This document shows positions 43,910-56,896 of a stretch of 64,000 nucleotides of DNA, piece by piece (position 1 is the stretch's first letter; every line of letters starts with the position of its first letter). Under the pieces are notes generated by a model. The model had not been told where the DNA came from. It ran no database searches and saw only the letters and a program-made list of their open reading frames with translations. Source of the stretch: the human T2T-CHM13v2.0 reference genome, Homo sapiens; assembly GCF_009914755.1 (NCBI RefSeq), contig NC_060930.1, one strand, 5' to 3'. A program made the position numbers and the translations under genes.

Positions 43910-46269
43910 GTAAAGATGAAGCTCCCCAAACCCAACAACCTTAGAACTTAGAAATTTCCCTGAGAAAGGCAGGACCTACCCGAGGAGAGCTTCTTTGAAG
44001 GACTTTGAAGAAAGGGATCAAACTTGACACTTTCTTTCAGTCCTCAAAGAAACTAACCACCCTTCCCATAGGCAATTCTGTGTGCCGGCCTCTGCACAGT
44101 TTAATATTAACGACAACAATGTTTGCATTGGAATATAAATGGAATTCTTTCTGCTTAAGCAGTACCAGAGGGGACCCTCTTTATTTTTATGATTGTTAAC
44201 AGATGCCATTGAGAAAGGTATGAAACGCATTCCTGAAAAGTCTCTTTGGCGGGGTTACTATGAAAGCTAGCCTCTCCCCTCTACCCTTTTATCAACTTGG
44301 CTGCGGAGGTCAGCAAAAGGAGCATAGGAAAACGTTTAGAAAATGAGGCGGCGAAATGAAGTAGAAAAGCTTTTGACTTGCTTTGAAATACTCTAGCTGA
44401 AAAAAAAAAGTGTGTGGGGTGGTGATGGTGGATGAAACATTGGCAAAATATTGACAATAGTTGAAGCTGGTGATGTGCACATGGGGGTTGTACTTTTCTC
44501 TCAACTTAATACTTTTCTCTGTGCTTTTGTGTAGTCTTGAAATTTTCTATAATAAAAGGTTTTTTAAAAAGTTGTAGAAACACTCCCGCTTGATTGCTCT
44601 GACATTTTTACACTGTCCTTGATTTGAAAAGAAGCTGCTTGCTGTGTCTAGGGGGCTTTCACCCCTTATTAACCCTTCTGACTTCTGAAATTCATTCTTA
44701 TTTTATCCGAAGTACATTTGTCTCCACAGAGGATTATAAAAGTCATATTTTGCTGGCTGGAGAATTATACTTAGAATCTGGTTTATAATTTAGAAGAGAG
44801 AATGTTAAAATCCCTGCCAAATAAGACATGTAGGCTTGAAGGTAGAGGCCAAGTATCATATGGAATTTTATTTTTATTAGGAAATATTAGAGGAGTTCCT
44901 TTAGTGAGGGAAGTGGTAGATGTGGATACTGTACCCCATTTTTCTTCCAGATAGCTGGGAAAACTGCATGCTTTTAAGAAGCTTTTTCACGTTTTAAAAT
45001 GTGAGACTGTTTAGCATATACTTGGCATACAGTATGTGTTCATTAGATGTTAAAATAAACAATTGCTAGTGTGAGTTAATTTTCTCCATTGGGTAAATGA
45101 TTTTCCTCTGCCCAATGCTCAAATATCAAACAAGCATATTGCATTTTAACAGTAGGATCAGACTCAGAATTTGGGAGGATAGAGCTACTTTACCTTAGCA
45201 CTGAGGTAACTTTGCAGATGAGAAATCTGAGATGGAGAGGTTAGGAAACAGTAAAGTTAAGTTAGTAGTATGCAAGCTATTATTTTATAACTAAAAAACG
45301 TTAAGCTTCGTATAGGTAAAACTGATGTGGGTTAGCTAAAAACATTGTGACCATAGATGCTTTAAAACCTGAAAAGTAGCATACCTATTTATAGATATTC
45401 TTTGCTCTCAAAGGCCAACTTGAAAAATACAGATAAGTCTAGAGCTATATGCTGTGCACTTCATAAGGCAGCATATGAAAGAGTCCTCTTGGGGTTCCTT
45501 TAATGTCATTCACCCAAAATTTGATTTATCCATAGGATTGCACAAATTGAGATGTACAGGTCATGGAAAAATAGCCCCCAAACAAAGGGAGGTTTTGTTT
45601 TTTATTGTGATGAGAAACAGAAGTTGTGGGTTACTGTAAAATAATCAACTGTGTAACTTTACCATCTTCCTTTCCCTCAAGTACTGCCAAACTTTTTAAG
45701 CAGACATTTTTTTGGTCTCCATTTATGAAACTAAACTTGAAAATAGTGCTATGGTATGATATTTTGAATAGAAATTGGCCCACTGTCAATGAACTTTCTT
45801 GCCATTTATTCTCAGCCTAGAATCAGTGGAGAGCTTATCCTTTAGTAATGGATTATAAAGTATTTGATAAACGTGAAATATTTGGCAGGTTCAAGATTTT
45901 CCTTAGCATTGAAATAAATTGTGGCACATTTGGGGGACTAGTTAACAGTGCTGTAGGTCATGCTGGAAGTGTGCTGGCACTACAACTGTTTTTGAAAAAC
46001 TATCTGCCAGAAAATTGTCTGACTGTAGACAGCATTATCAGCCCTCAGTTCATCAGGATGGGCTCTGTGGCCTGTAGGTAGGTGGGTTTTCTAAATATAA
46101 TAAATTTCATATGTCTCCCTATGTCACAGCCATTTAGTATATTATTAGCCAGTTAAAAGTTTTGCCCCTGCTGAATCTTACATGCTTTTAAAATAAAATC
46201 TATTTCACAGCTGAGTAAGTGTAAACATTTTAAATACCTGCGTTAGATTTGCCATCACCAGGCTAATTT

Positions 46270-46282
46270 TGCCATCTAGTGG
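46270..46282 (-). promoter_or_regulatory. CTCF motif in intron 1
   Basis: Minus strand reads CCACTAGATGGCA, matching CCACYAGRKGGCA. Confidence 0.6.
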
Positions 46283-46711
46283 TAGCAACATGGATAACAG
46301 GCAAGTTCTTCCCTGGATGACTAGGAATTGAACCTTCCTGAGAAGCATTGATGAGTAAATTACTTGTGTTTTCTCATTTGTGGTTTACTCTAGAACTTTA
46401 AAGCTGGAAGAAATCTTAGAAATGTTCTAGTCCAACTCAACAGTTAAGGACTATCAGAGAGATTCTTTAAAATAAAGGCTTCGAAATGCATGGCAGAGTT
46501 AGCAGGTGGTATGCATTTGTTGAATAGACAAATTTATCTATCCTGTTCTAATTCTTGTTTTTCCTCTAGCAATATTGCATCCTACCACTATGAAGTTTTA
46601 TCGTGATCTTCTGTTTTTAGTTTTAAAATTGCATTTCTGTATATTATTTCTTAAAATAACACATTTTCATTTATATTTTAAGTCCCAGAAGGAAACATTC
46701 TTTTCTACTGT

Positions 46712-47356
<645 letters not shown>

Positions 47357-47405
47357 TAAACAGTCAGGCAGACTGTTGTAAAAACTCGATTCTCACCTTT
47401 GTAAG

Positions 47406-48205
<800 letters not shown>

Positions 48206-48289
48206 ATGAGGCAGTTAGAGATGTATGAAATACCTTGTAAATATCTACCTGAGTGTTGGCTCCCCCTGTTTGATATGAAAAACATTGGC

Positions 48290-48500
48290 TTTAATCTTTG
48301 TGGAGTGCTTACTGTGCTCTGGGCATTGTGCTTATCATATTAGTTTCTCACAAAAATATTCTCAAATATTATCTCTATCTAATAAATGTGGGAAATAATG
48401 TCTAGAGAGATTAGGTAACCTTCACAAGATCACAGTGTAACAAGTGGCAAGTGTACTTAAGGTTGATTTGGCTTCAAAGCCCACTGCCCCCATAATCATT
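48290..48500 (-). mobile_element. MIR
   Basis: gagtgcttactgtgctctgggcattgtgc...agagattaggtaaccttcacaagatcacag. Confidence 0.7.
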
Positions 48501-49984
48501 GAAACACCCTAGTTCTTACTCCCCTTTTTTATTACGTTACAGACACTGTTATTTTCTCATACACTCTCTAAATTAAATGTTACCTCCATGTAGTGCTGCT
48601 GTCAGGGAGCGCCTCAGTGGATCAGGAATTAGTTTTCATAAGATACCCCCTCTCCTCAGCATCTGTTCCCCCAAATAAAACTGACTATGAAAGTTTTTAC
48701 AATTGTCATCCAAAACATCACCGCTTTCTTTAGTGCTTGCTTTATTCCTGTTTATGTCACTTGTAATTCTCCCCCTCTCCTGCTGTGGCCTTTTGCCTAA
48801 GCCATTTCTCTCTGCAGTTATTCAGAATCATCTGGCCAGGCCCCAGTGTCTCCCTGTTGTGTGTCAATCCTGAGTAGGTGGAGGATGAAAGTAGAGGAGG
48901 AAATGAGGGCATGTCTTCACATTTAGGTATGCATGTAAACAGAGCCAGTGGTGTTAGGAAGCACAGGTGGTTGGGATTGCAGATGGCTAAATAGAGGACA
49001 GCCAAGTTTTAAAAGGTGGTCATGCAATCATTGGTGTGTACTAACATACACACTAAAGTAGAGGGTGGTGTTGGCCCTATGGGGTCATTGATATGACTGA
49101 GTAATTCCTGACCCACAGCAGCCTCCCAGGAACTGTTTGACGGATCAATGCAAAGTTGTGTCCCATGGCAACATGCTATGTACATAAATATGGACAAGTA
49201 CCTCACTAGACATTACAAGGAACCAGGTGAAAAGAAAGGCATAAGTAATTGTGAATCTGTCACCTAGTGAGGGAAAGCAATTCAATGCAGGTCCTTCAAT
49301 GGTAAGTCAGCATCTTTGCTTTCTCATAGACAGGAAAAATAATTGATTTGAAATATTAATATAGTGGGCAGCCATCTAATCTTTCATTAGTTTGTCTGCT
49401 CTATCTAAGCTAGACTATAAACTTCTAGGGTAAAAAACAAAACACAAAAGAGAAACTGAGCCTTAAGGTATAATGTCATTTCATCATAGGATTCTATATA
49501 CTCTAGATAGACTCACTCAAAAAGTTGTTTTTTTTTCATTGTAGATCACTCCCTTAGAGTAATTATGTTGACATAGACTCTGTTTCTTTTTAGGCTGAGG
49601 GTCTGATGCAGTTCCAAAATTCCCAGTGTAGATCCAGGCTATAAATAAGACACAGAAAATGCAATTTAAGTGTTTTGTGGCTGCATAGTGTTTAATCACA
49701 CTTAAGTTTAATAGCAATGAGAAAAATATATTACAGAGCCATGGATATTCATAGAAATGAGTAATTAGGAAAGCATTCATTTGGGAAGTCTCTAAAGTGA
49801 AGCTGTCCTTGAACGAAAAACAAAACAAAGAAAAAGCGAATTTTAGAGTGAGTTGGAAACTATCTTGAAATAAAAATATTTGACTGTAAAACTGACTTTT
49901 TAGAAAACTACAAGATCTCTAATTTTGGCTTATATAACAACCTGTTTTGAAGTGATACAAATTCACCAATTAAGGTAGGATAAT

Positions 49985-50240
49985 AATTATAAAATAACAT
50001 GTGTTAACTACTTACTATCCTCTGGGCTCAGTAGTAATTCTTTGCGTGTATCATCTCATTTAATCTCCATAACAATGTTATGAAGTCGAAATTACTATAA
50101 TATTATCCCCACTTTGCAGATGAGGAAAGTGAAACTTGGAGAGTTAATGAACTGCCCACATGCACATGCCTCATAAGTGGTGAAAAGGGAATTGAACCCA
50201 AGCCTTCCCACTCCTTGGTCTGCACTCATAACCACTATGC
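49985..50240 (-). mobile_element. MIR
   Basis: tctcatttaatctccataacaa...tattatccccactttgcagatgaggaaagtgaaact. Confidence 0.85.
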
Positions 50241-51060
50241 TGGTACAGATACACAAATATTCTCAACGCTGTCAGCAATCACATTTCTAAGAAACTATAA
50301 ACAAATAACAAAAGGGTAATAGTAAGTGATCTCGTAGTCAAGTGTGGTCACTTCTATTAATAGATTGGGTACAAATGTGTAATTACATCTCTTCCATCAG
50401 TAAGAGTTCATCTACATACACAGATATTCTTACTTCTTCCTTAATTCCCTTCTACTCAATCTGTCTTCAGGATCCAGCCCATAATCAGCTGTGTGTATGC
50501 TGACTCACAGTGGTGGGCAGCAATCACTGCAACTTTGCTTTCATTAACCAAAATTGGAATTTGAAGCCCCAAATGCAAGCCATCTGGAAATGGACAGTGA
50601 AGGTCACAATTATATTGGAAGACAGGAAAAATGAGGGGGATGGGGAAGCCAAGGGATGTTAGACTTTCAAAATATTATAGCTGCCCCTTCAACTGGGACT
50701 GTGTCTTTTTAGATCAATGAGTTAGTCCTTTTTGGATAATGGGCATATGTAGATGTCTCCACTGAACAAACTGTGGATTGCTCTATCAGTAAGAGCTATC
50801 ATTTATGCCACATTGACATTTTACCACAAGACAAACTTAGATTTTCCAAAAGAAAGTGTCCTTAAACATTTGCCCAATTTTAAATTACAGGCCAAATTAG
50901 GCTAACTAAATCCATGTCCTCTTATTACTGTGATTCTGAGGTCATATTACAAAGCTCTGCCCTTCCCATACCCAAGGGTAGACGTGGGCATGGTTTTTAT
51001 TCCTGTGGTACACTGCACAGAGCTCCCTCAAAGGGCACCAGGCAGGGCTGGTGAACCAAT

Positions 51061-51194
51061 GCCATTGAATGATCTGTAGTATGAGATATTGGAGGCATTA
51101 CATATAAACCTTATGAATTTCACTTTTGCCATTGAATGATCTGTAGTATGAGATATTGGAGGCATTACATATAAACCTTATGAATTTCACTTTT
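51061..51194. repeat. Perfect 67-bp tandem duplication
   Basis: gccattgaatgatc...gaatttcactttt at 51061-51127 and 51128-51194, identical. Confidence 0.97.
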
Positions 51195-51237
51195 TTGAGA
51201 CATATGATGCACATAGGATCACTATGTGATCCTAGTT

Positions 51238-51308
51238 CACACCACTGCACTCCAGCTTGGTGACAGAGCAGACTGACTCTCAAAAAATAATTAAAAATAA
51301 AAATAAAA
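51238..51308 (+). mobile_element. Alu 3' stub
   Basis: caccactgcactccagcttggtgacagagc...A tail only. Confidence 0.85.
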
Positions 51309-51511
51309 GTTAGTTATGTTTGTTTTTTATTAATTGGCTGAGTTATTTGATATTGTCAGTTGCTAACATAGTAAAAGCATAAAGTCAGAATAAATTAATT
51401 TTGTACACAGAGATGAAGCAGATGTCATTTAAAACCCGGGTAAGCCATCATCCTTGGAAAGACCACCTTCTGGGGTATGGCTCATGTTGCTACACCAGAG
51501 CCTTGGCTACT

Positions 51512-51710
51512 GTAGTGGTTCTTAACCTTTATTGAGTGTCAAAGTCATCTGGAGGGCCGGTTAAACCTAGCTGGGAGTCACTCTCCACCACCCTTTCAGG
51601 AGAGTTTCTAACAGTAGGTCTGGGGCAGGCCCTGAGAATTAGCATTTTTAACAAGTTTCCAGGTAATGCTGAAGTTACTAGTGTAGGGACTGTCCTTTGA
51701 GAACCCCTGG
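51512..51710 (+). mobile_element. MER5A
   Basis: agtggttcttaacc...gtaggtctggggcaggccctgagaattagcatttttaacaagtttccaggt...ctttgagaacccctg. Confidence 0.85.
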
Positions 51711-52677
51711 TCTGGTGTTTCCTTTTGGCGAGCAACCAAGATATGGGCTCTCAACCACCGTTCGTAACTGCTGTGAGAATGTGAACGTGAACACAGAGAA
51801 GGAAAACCATGCCTATATCATTGGTATTGTCATTTGATAAGTCAAATCATTGCTTTGTACCAAGCCAGGTTTCAAATAGCATTGAAAATTTCCAAAGTAT
51901 TGTCCAAGGCCTTTGACTAGAACAATAGCTTTATAAACCAGTGTCATCTACATAGCCAGAAATAAAATTATACTTAAATACAATTCAACTCTGATGAGGC
52001 TTTCTTAAAAGTCTGGCTACAGAATTATGGCACAGGATAAACGTAACTGGGGAAAAAATATCACAGTAACACTATTTAGACATCCTTTATTTTGCCCAGG
52101 AATGCCTTTCACAAGTGTATTGCTCCTCAGATCATTAGTACCAAGCGTTAAGATATACCAAATGAGATACTTTGTGTCTCTTGACGTGGATATTTGGCTG
52201 ACTTTCAAGCTTTGATGTAATCATATATTAAGTACACAGTGGACAGCTGTTGTCATAAAGAGCTAAATGAAAAAGCAATTAAGAAAAAAGTTTCCCACAC
52301 CAAAACAACTCCCTTGATTGAAATTTTGCTGAGAATCAAGTAGATTTAAAAATATACATAATGATATATATCATTTTTATCTATTTTGGTTTGTTGATAA
52401 GCTAAGTAGCAGCAAATAACTCTTTGATTTTCACTTTTTTTTTCAGCCAAGGACATAAATTTTCATCCTGGGAACTACAATTTCAAGCGCTCAGTAGAGT
52501 TACTGAGTTGTGAGCCTTTTTCATTCTAATTAAATAAACTTGATGAAATACTATTGAGAAAAATTGCATAGAAGACAAAATAAAATACTAAGTGGCTCTA
52601 CTCTACAAAATCCTTGATGATATAATTACTGTTTTGCAGCGGTGACTATTAGAAAATATTGTGACGTAAATGCAGAT

Positions 52678-53015
52678 TTCCTCCCCTCCCCTCCCCTCCC
52701 TTCTCCTTCCCTTCCCTCACCTCCCCCCCTCCTCTCCTCTTCGACAGGGTCTCACTTTGTTGCCCAGGCTGGAGTTCAGTGCCATGATCATGGTTTACTG
52801 CAGCCTTGACCTCCTGGGTTCAAGCGATCCTGCTGAGTAGCTGGGACTACAGGTGTGTGCCACCATGCCTGACTAATTTTTTAAAAGTTTTTTTTGTAGA
52901 GATGAGGTCTCAGTATGTTGCCCAATCTGGTCTTGAATTCCTGTATTCAAGCAATCCTCCGATCTTAGCCTCCCAAAGTGCTGGGATTACAGGTGTGAGC
53001 TACCACACCCGGCCT
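52678..53015 (-). mobile_element. AluJ whose tail is a (CTCCC)n-like polypyrimidine repeat (52678-52741)
   Basis: C/T-only tract followed directly by reverse Alu. Confidence 0.88.
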
Positions 53016-54654
53016 GCTTAATATTTCCAAATGTATAATGGTTCAAATTAATTATGTTATGTTTTCATTAATATATCACATTTAAACAATAAATAGGTTA
53101 ATGTAGCATACATTTTTCATCAAAAGAATGTTTTAGTTTGTTAATAAAATTATTGTATTTGTATATGGCAACATAAATTCTGTTGTATCAAGGGATACCG
53201 ATATTGAACTTTGCATCAGGGTTGACTTTTCCCTTTTGTGCCAGTGCACACATCCTGTGGGTGTACCCTGTGGTACAATGGCTGTGGGCCATTGCTAATG
53301 TGCTTTCTTTTCCATGCAAAAGAGAAATAAATAAAATAAAGCTTATCAGAAAGCATTGAGGATGAATGTATTGTAGGGATAAGCGAATGCTGCATTGCCT
53401 CTGCTTTATACAAAGTACAAATCATTTGCTTAAGTCTTGATATTTTAACTATTAGTTAAAAATGACTTGGAGCATAGTTGGCAAATACTAGCGACACAGA
53501 GGTTCAAAATTGCTGCTCCAGCATGCTCCTACTATACCCACCTCCAAGCAAAGATGGCTGATACATATCAGTTCCACTAAATAGATACATGTACATGCCA
53601 GTGAGCCTCAAGAAAAGAAAAAGAGGGCAAGAAGATGTGAATAGTAGGAGAGGTATTATATAATTTATTATGTACTGGCACCTTTAACAATATTTAAATA
53701 ACACAAGAACACTGGTCTTAGATGGTGAGACCTACGGTGAAAAGGGACTATATCTAACCATTCTCATGTCCCCCCCAAACAGCCTGTACTTCATAAATTC
53801 TTACAAATAATTTTAATATGCAGTAAAGTCCCACCATAAGGCATTTTGTATGGAGCTTTGCTTAGAGGGTGGTTTCAAGCACAACTTTGTTTTTTAAAAA
53901 TACATGGTACATTTTTCTTACTTTAGCATAAAATGGCCTGTGCTATATATTTTCTTTTTATGACCAGGCATTCTATACAAATCAAAACAGATCAATAGAA
54001 GATTAATTAGCAATTTATTTATTGCTAATACTCTTACTGCTTTAAAACATTATCCAAGAATTTGCATTGCACCTTCACATCAGTTTGGGCTGCGAATCCT
54101 GGTTCATGGACATTCACTGTATCCAATGAGCAGTTTTTTGAGCTCTGTGCTAGGCAGTTACAGTCTAGAGATGGAGAAGTTATGATCCCTGTTTTTAAGT
54201 AGCTAAGTGTGGGAAAAGACTGCAGCACATTTGCTTTTATCTTTATTTCTAAATCATCTGGATAAAAAGTTGTAGGATATCTAAGGAGGAGAGTGTGGCT
54301 TAGCCGACAGAGGATTCCAACCTACTACCGTATTCTACTCTCTCAGGCACGAGGCTATTAGGGGAGATAGAGGTGGAGATGACAGGTTGGGGTGGGAGCG
54401 AGGTGGATTAGGGCTGGTGGAGGGAAGTTTGGGTGGAAAACAACTTACTGATTTTGGAAGTCTGTGTGAGCCCACTTACCAGTGTTTATCTAATCTCAAT
54501 AAAATCTAGGTAAGGTGAAAATAAGGACACCTCTTTGTGGTGAAGGTACATTTAGGATCCAAGGGCTGAATGAAATGGATAAGTAAGATTTAAAAAGGAA
54601 ACATTATAAACCTCTCTCTTTTTCTATTTTTAAGGACAAAATTAGAAGATCAAA

Positions 54655-55896
54655 ATGGAAAATATGCTGCTTTGGTTGATATTTTTCACCCCTGGGTGGA
54701 CCCTCATTGATGGATCTGAAATGGAATGGGATTTTATGTGGCACTTGAGAAAGGTACCCCGGATTGTCAGTGAAAGGACTTTCCATCTCACCAGCCCCGC
54801 ATTTGAGGCAGATGCTAAGATGATGGTAAATACAGTGTGTGGCATCGAATGCCAGAAAGAACTCCCAACTCCCAGCCTTTCTGAATTGGAGGATTATCTT
54901 TCCTATGAGACTGTCTTTGAGAATGGCACCCGAACCTTAACCAGGGTGAAAGTTCAAGATTTGGTTCTTGAGCCGACTCAAAATATCACCACAAAGGGAG
55001 TATCTGTTAGGAGAAAGAGACAGGTGTATGGCACCGACAGCAGGTTCAGCATCTTGGACAAAAGGTTCTTAACCAATTTCCCTTTCAGCACAGCTGTGAA
55101 GCTTTCCACGGGCTGTAGTGGCATTCTCATTTCCCCTCAGCATGTTCTAACTGCTGCCCACTGTGTTCATGATGGAAAGGACTATGTCAAAGGGAGTAAA
55201 AAGCTAAGGGTAGGGTTGTTGAAGATGAGGAATAAAAGTGGAGGCAAGAAACGTCGAGGTTCTAAGAGGAGCAGGAGAGAAGCTAGTGGTGGTGACCAAA
55301 GAGAGGGTACCAGAGAGCATCTGCAGGAGAGAGCGAAGGGTGGGAGAAGAAGAAAAAAATCTGGCCGGGGTCAGAGGATTGCCGAAGGGAGGCCTTCCTT
55401 TCAGTGGACCCGGGTCAAGAATACCCACATTCCGAAGGGCTGGGCACGAGGAGGCATGGGGGACGCTACCTTGGACTATGACTATGCTCTTCTGGAGCTG
55501 AAGCGTGCTCACAAAAAGAAATACATGGAACTTGGAATCAGCCCAACGATCAAGAAAATGCCTGGTGGAATGATCCACTTCTCAGGATTTGATAACGATA
55601 GGGCTGATCAGTTGGTCTATCGGTTTTGCAGTGTGTCCGACGAATCCAATGATCTCCTTTACCAATACTGCGATGCTGAGTCGGGCTCCACCGGTTCGGG
55701 GGTCTATCTGCGTCTGAAAGATCCAGACAAAAAGAATTGGAAGCGCAAAATCATTGCGGTCTACTCAGGGCACCAGTGGGTGGATGTCCACGGGGTTCAG
55801 AAGGACTACAACGTTGCTGTTCGCATCACTCCCCTAAAATACGCCCAGATTTGCCTCTGGATTCACGGGAACGATGCCAATTGTGCTTACGGCTAA
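54655..55896 (+). CDS. PRSS35: Inactive serine protease 35 (peptidase S1-like, PRSS23 paralog), 413 aa, single coding exon
   Basis: Uninterrupted 413-aa ORF with strong Kozak (AAAATGG), signal-peptide-like N-terminus, RRKR/QVYG processing site (aa 119-126), LTAAHC His motif (H169), DYDYALLEL Asp motif (D276) and DAESGSTGSG with Thr346 at the catalytic Ser position. Protein recognised as human PRSS35. Confidence 0.98.
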   Translation: MENMLLWLIFFTPGWTLIDGSEMEWDFMWHLRKVPRIVSERTFHLTSPAFEADAKMMVNTVCGIECQKELPTPSLSELEDYLSYETVFENGTRTLTRVKVQDLVLEPTQNITTKGVSVRRKRQVYGTDSRFSILDKRFLTNFPFSTAVKLSTGCSGILISPQHVLTAAHCVHDGKDYVKGSKKLRVGLLKMRNKSGGKKRRGSKRSRREASGGDQREGTREHLQERAKGGRRRKKSGRGQRIAEGRPSFQWTRVKNTHIPKGWARGGMGDATLDYDYALLELKRAHKKKYMELGISPTIKKMPGGMIHFSGFDNDRADQLVYRFCSVSDESNDLLYQYCDAESGSTGSGVYLRLKDPDKKNWKRKIIAVYSGHQWVDVHGVQKDYNVAVRITPLKYAQICLWIHGNDANCAYG

Positions 55897-56890
55897 CAGA
55901 GACCTGAAACAGGGCGGTGTATCATCTAAATCACAGAGAAAACCAGCTCTGCTTACCGTAGTGAGATCACTTCATAGGTTATGCCTGGACTTGAACTCTG
56001 TCAATAGCATTTCAACATTTTTCAAAATCAGGAGATTTTCGTCCATTTAAAAAATGTATAGGTGCAGATATTGAAACTAGGTGGGCACTTCAATGCCAAG
56101 TATATACTCTTCTTTACATGGTGATGAGTTTCATTTGTAGAAAAATTTTGTTGCCTTCTTAAAAATTAGACACACTTTAAACCTTCAAACAGGTATTATA
56201 AATAACATGTGACTCCTTAATGGACTTATTCTCAGGGTCCTACTCTAAGAAGAATCTAATAGGATGCTGGTTGTGTATTAAATGTGAAATTGCATAGATA
56301 AAGGTAGATGGTAAAGCAATTAGTATCAGAATAGAGACAGAAAGTTACAACACAGTTTGTACTACTCTGAGATGGATCCATTCAGCTCATGCCCTCAATG
56401 TTTATATTGTGTTATCTGTTGGGTCTGGGACATTTAGTTTAGTTTTTTTGAAGAATTACAAATCAGAAGAAAAAGCAAGCATTATAAACAAAACTAATAA
56501 CTGTTTTACTGCTTTAAGAAATAACAATTACAATGTGTATTATTTAAAAATGGGAGAAATAGTTTGTTCTATGAAATAAACCTAGTTTAGAAATAGGGAA
56601 GCTGAGACATTTTAAGATCTCAAGTTTTTATTTAACTAATACTCAAAATATGGACTTTTCATGTATGCATAGGGAAGACACTTCACAAATTATGAATGAT
56701 CATGTGTTGAAAGCCACATTATTTTATGCTATACATTCTATGTATGAGGTGCTACATTTTTAGGACAAAGAATTCTGTAATCTTTTTCAAGAAAGAGTCT
56801 TTTTCTCCTTGACAAAATCCAGCTTTTGTATGAGGACTATAGGGTGAATTCTCTGATTAGTAATTTTAGATATGTCCTTTCCTAAAAATG

Positions 56891-56896
56891 AATAAA
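56891..56896 (+). terminator. Polyadenylation signal AATAAA (likely main PRSS35 site)
   Basis: AATAAA followed ~25 nt later by gggtctggtttattttcc GU/U-rich element. Confidence 0.7.

Larger units (their letters stand above)
43140..43990 (+). promoter_or_regulatory. PRSS35 GC/CpG-rich TATA-less promoter
   Basis: Only non-repeat CpG-dense tract in the window; GC boxes (e.g. GGGGCGG ~43793, CCCCGCCC ~43841); C-rich tract 43595-43750. Confidence 0.85.

Noticed and set aside
43146-43944. Pro/Ser-rich ORFs of 78-127 aa over the promoter
   Set aside because: By-product of GC-rich, stop-poor sequence; non-ATG starts upstream of the likely TSS; no recognisable domain.
51061-51194. Direct repeats considered as a CRISPR-like array
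   Set aside because: Only two adjacent copies, no spacers, eukaryotic context; a simple tandem duplication.
52425-52446. Strong-looking intronic acceptor ttttcacttttttttttcAG
   Set aside because: No convincing paired donor nearby; cannot support an exon from sequence alone.
55204-55578. 124-aa antisense ORF and 87-aa alternate-frame ORF inside PRSS35
   Set aside because: Shadow ORFs of a coding exon, with no independent promoter or splice evidence.
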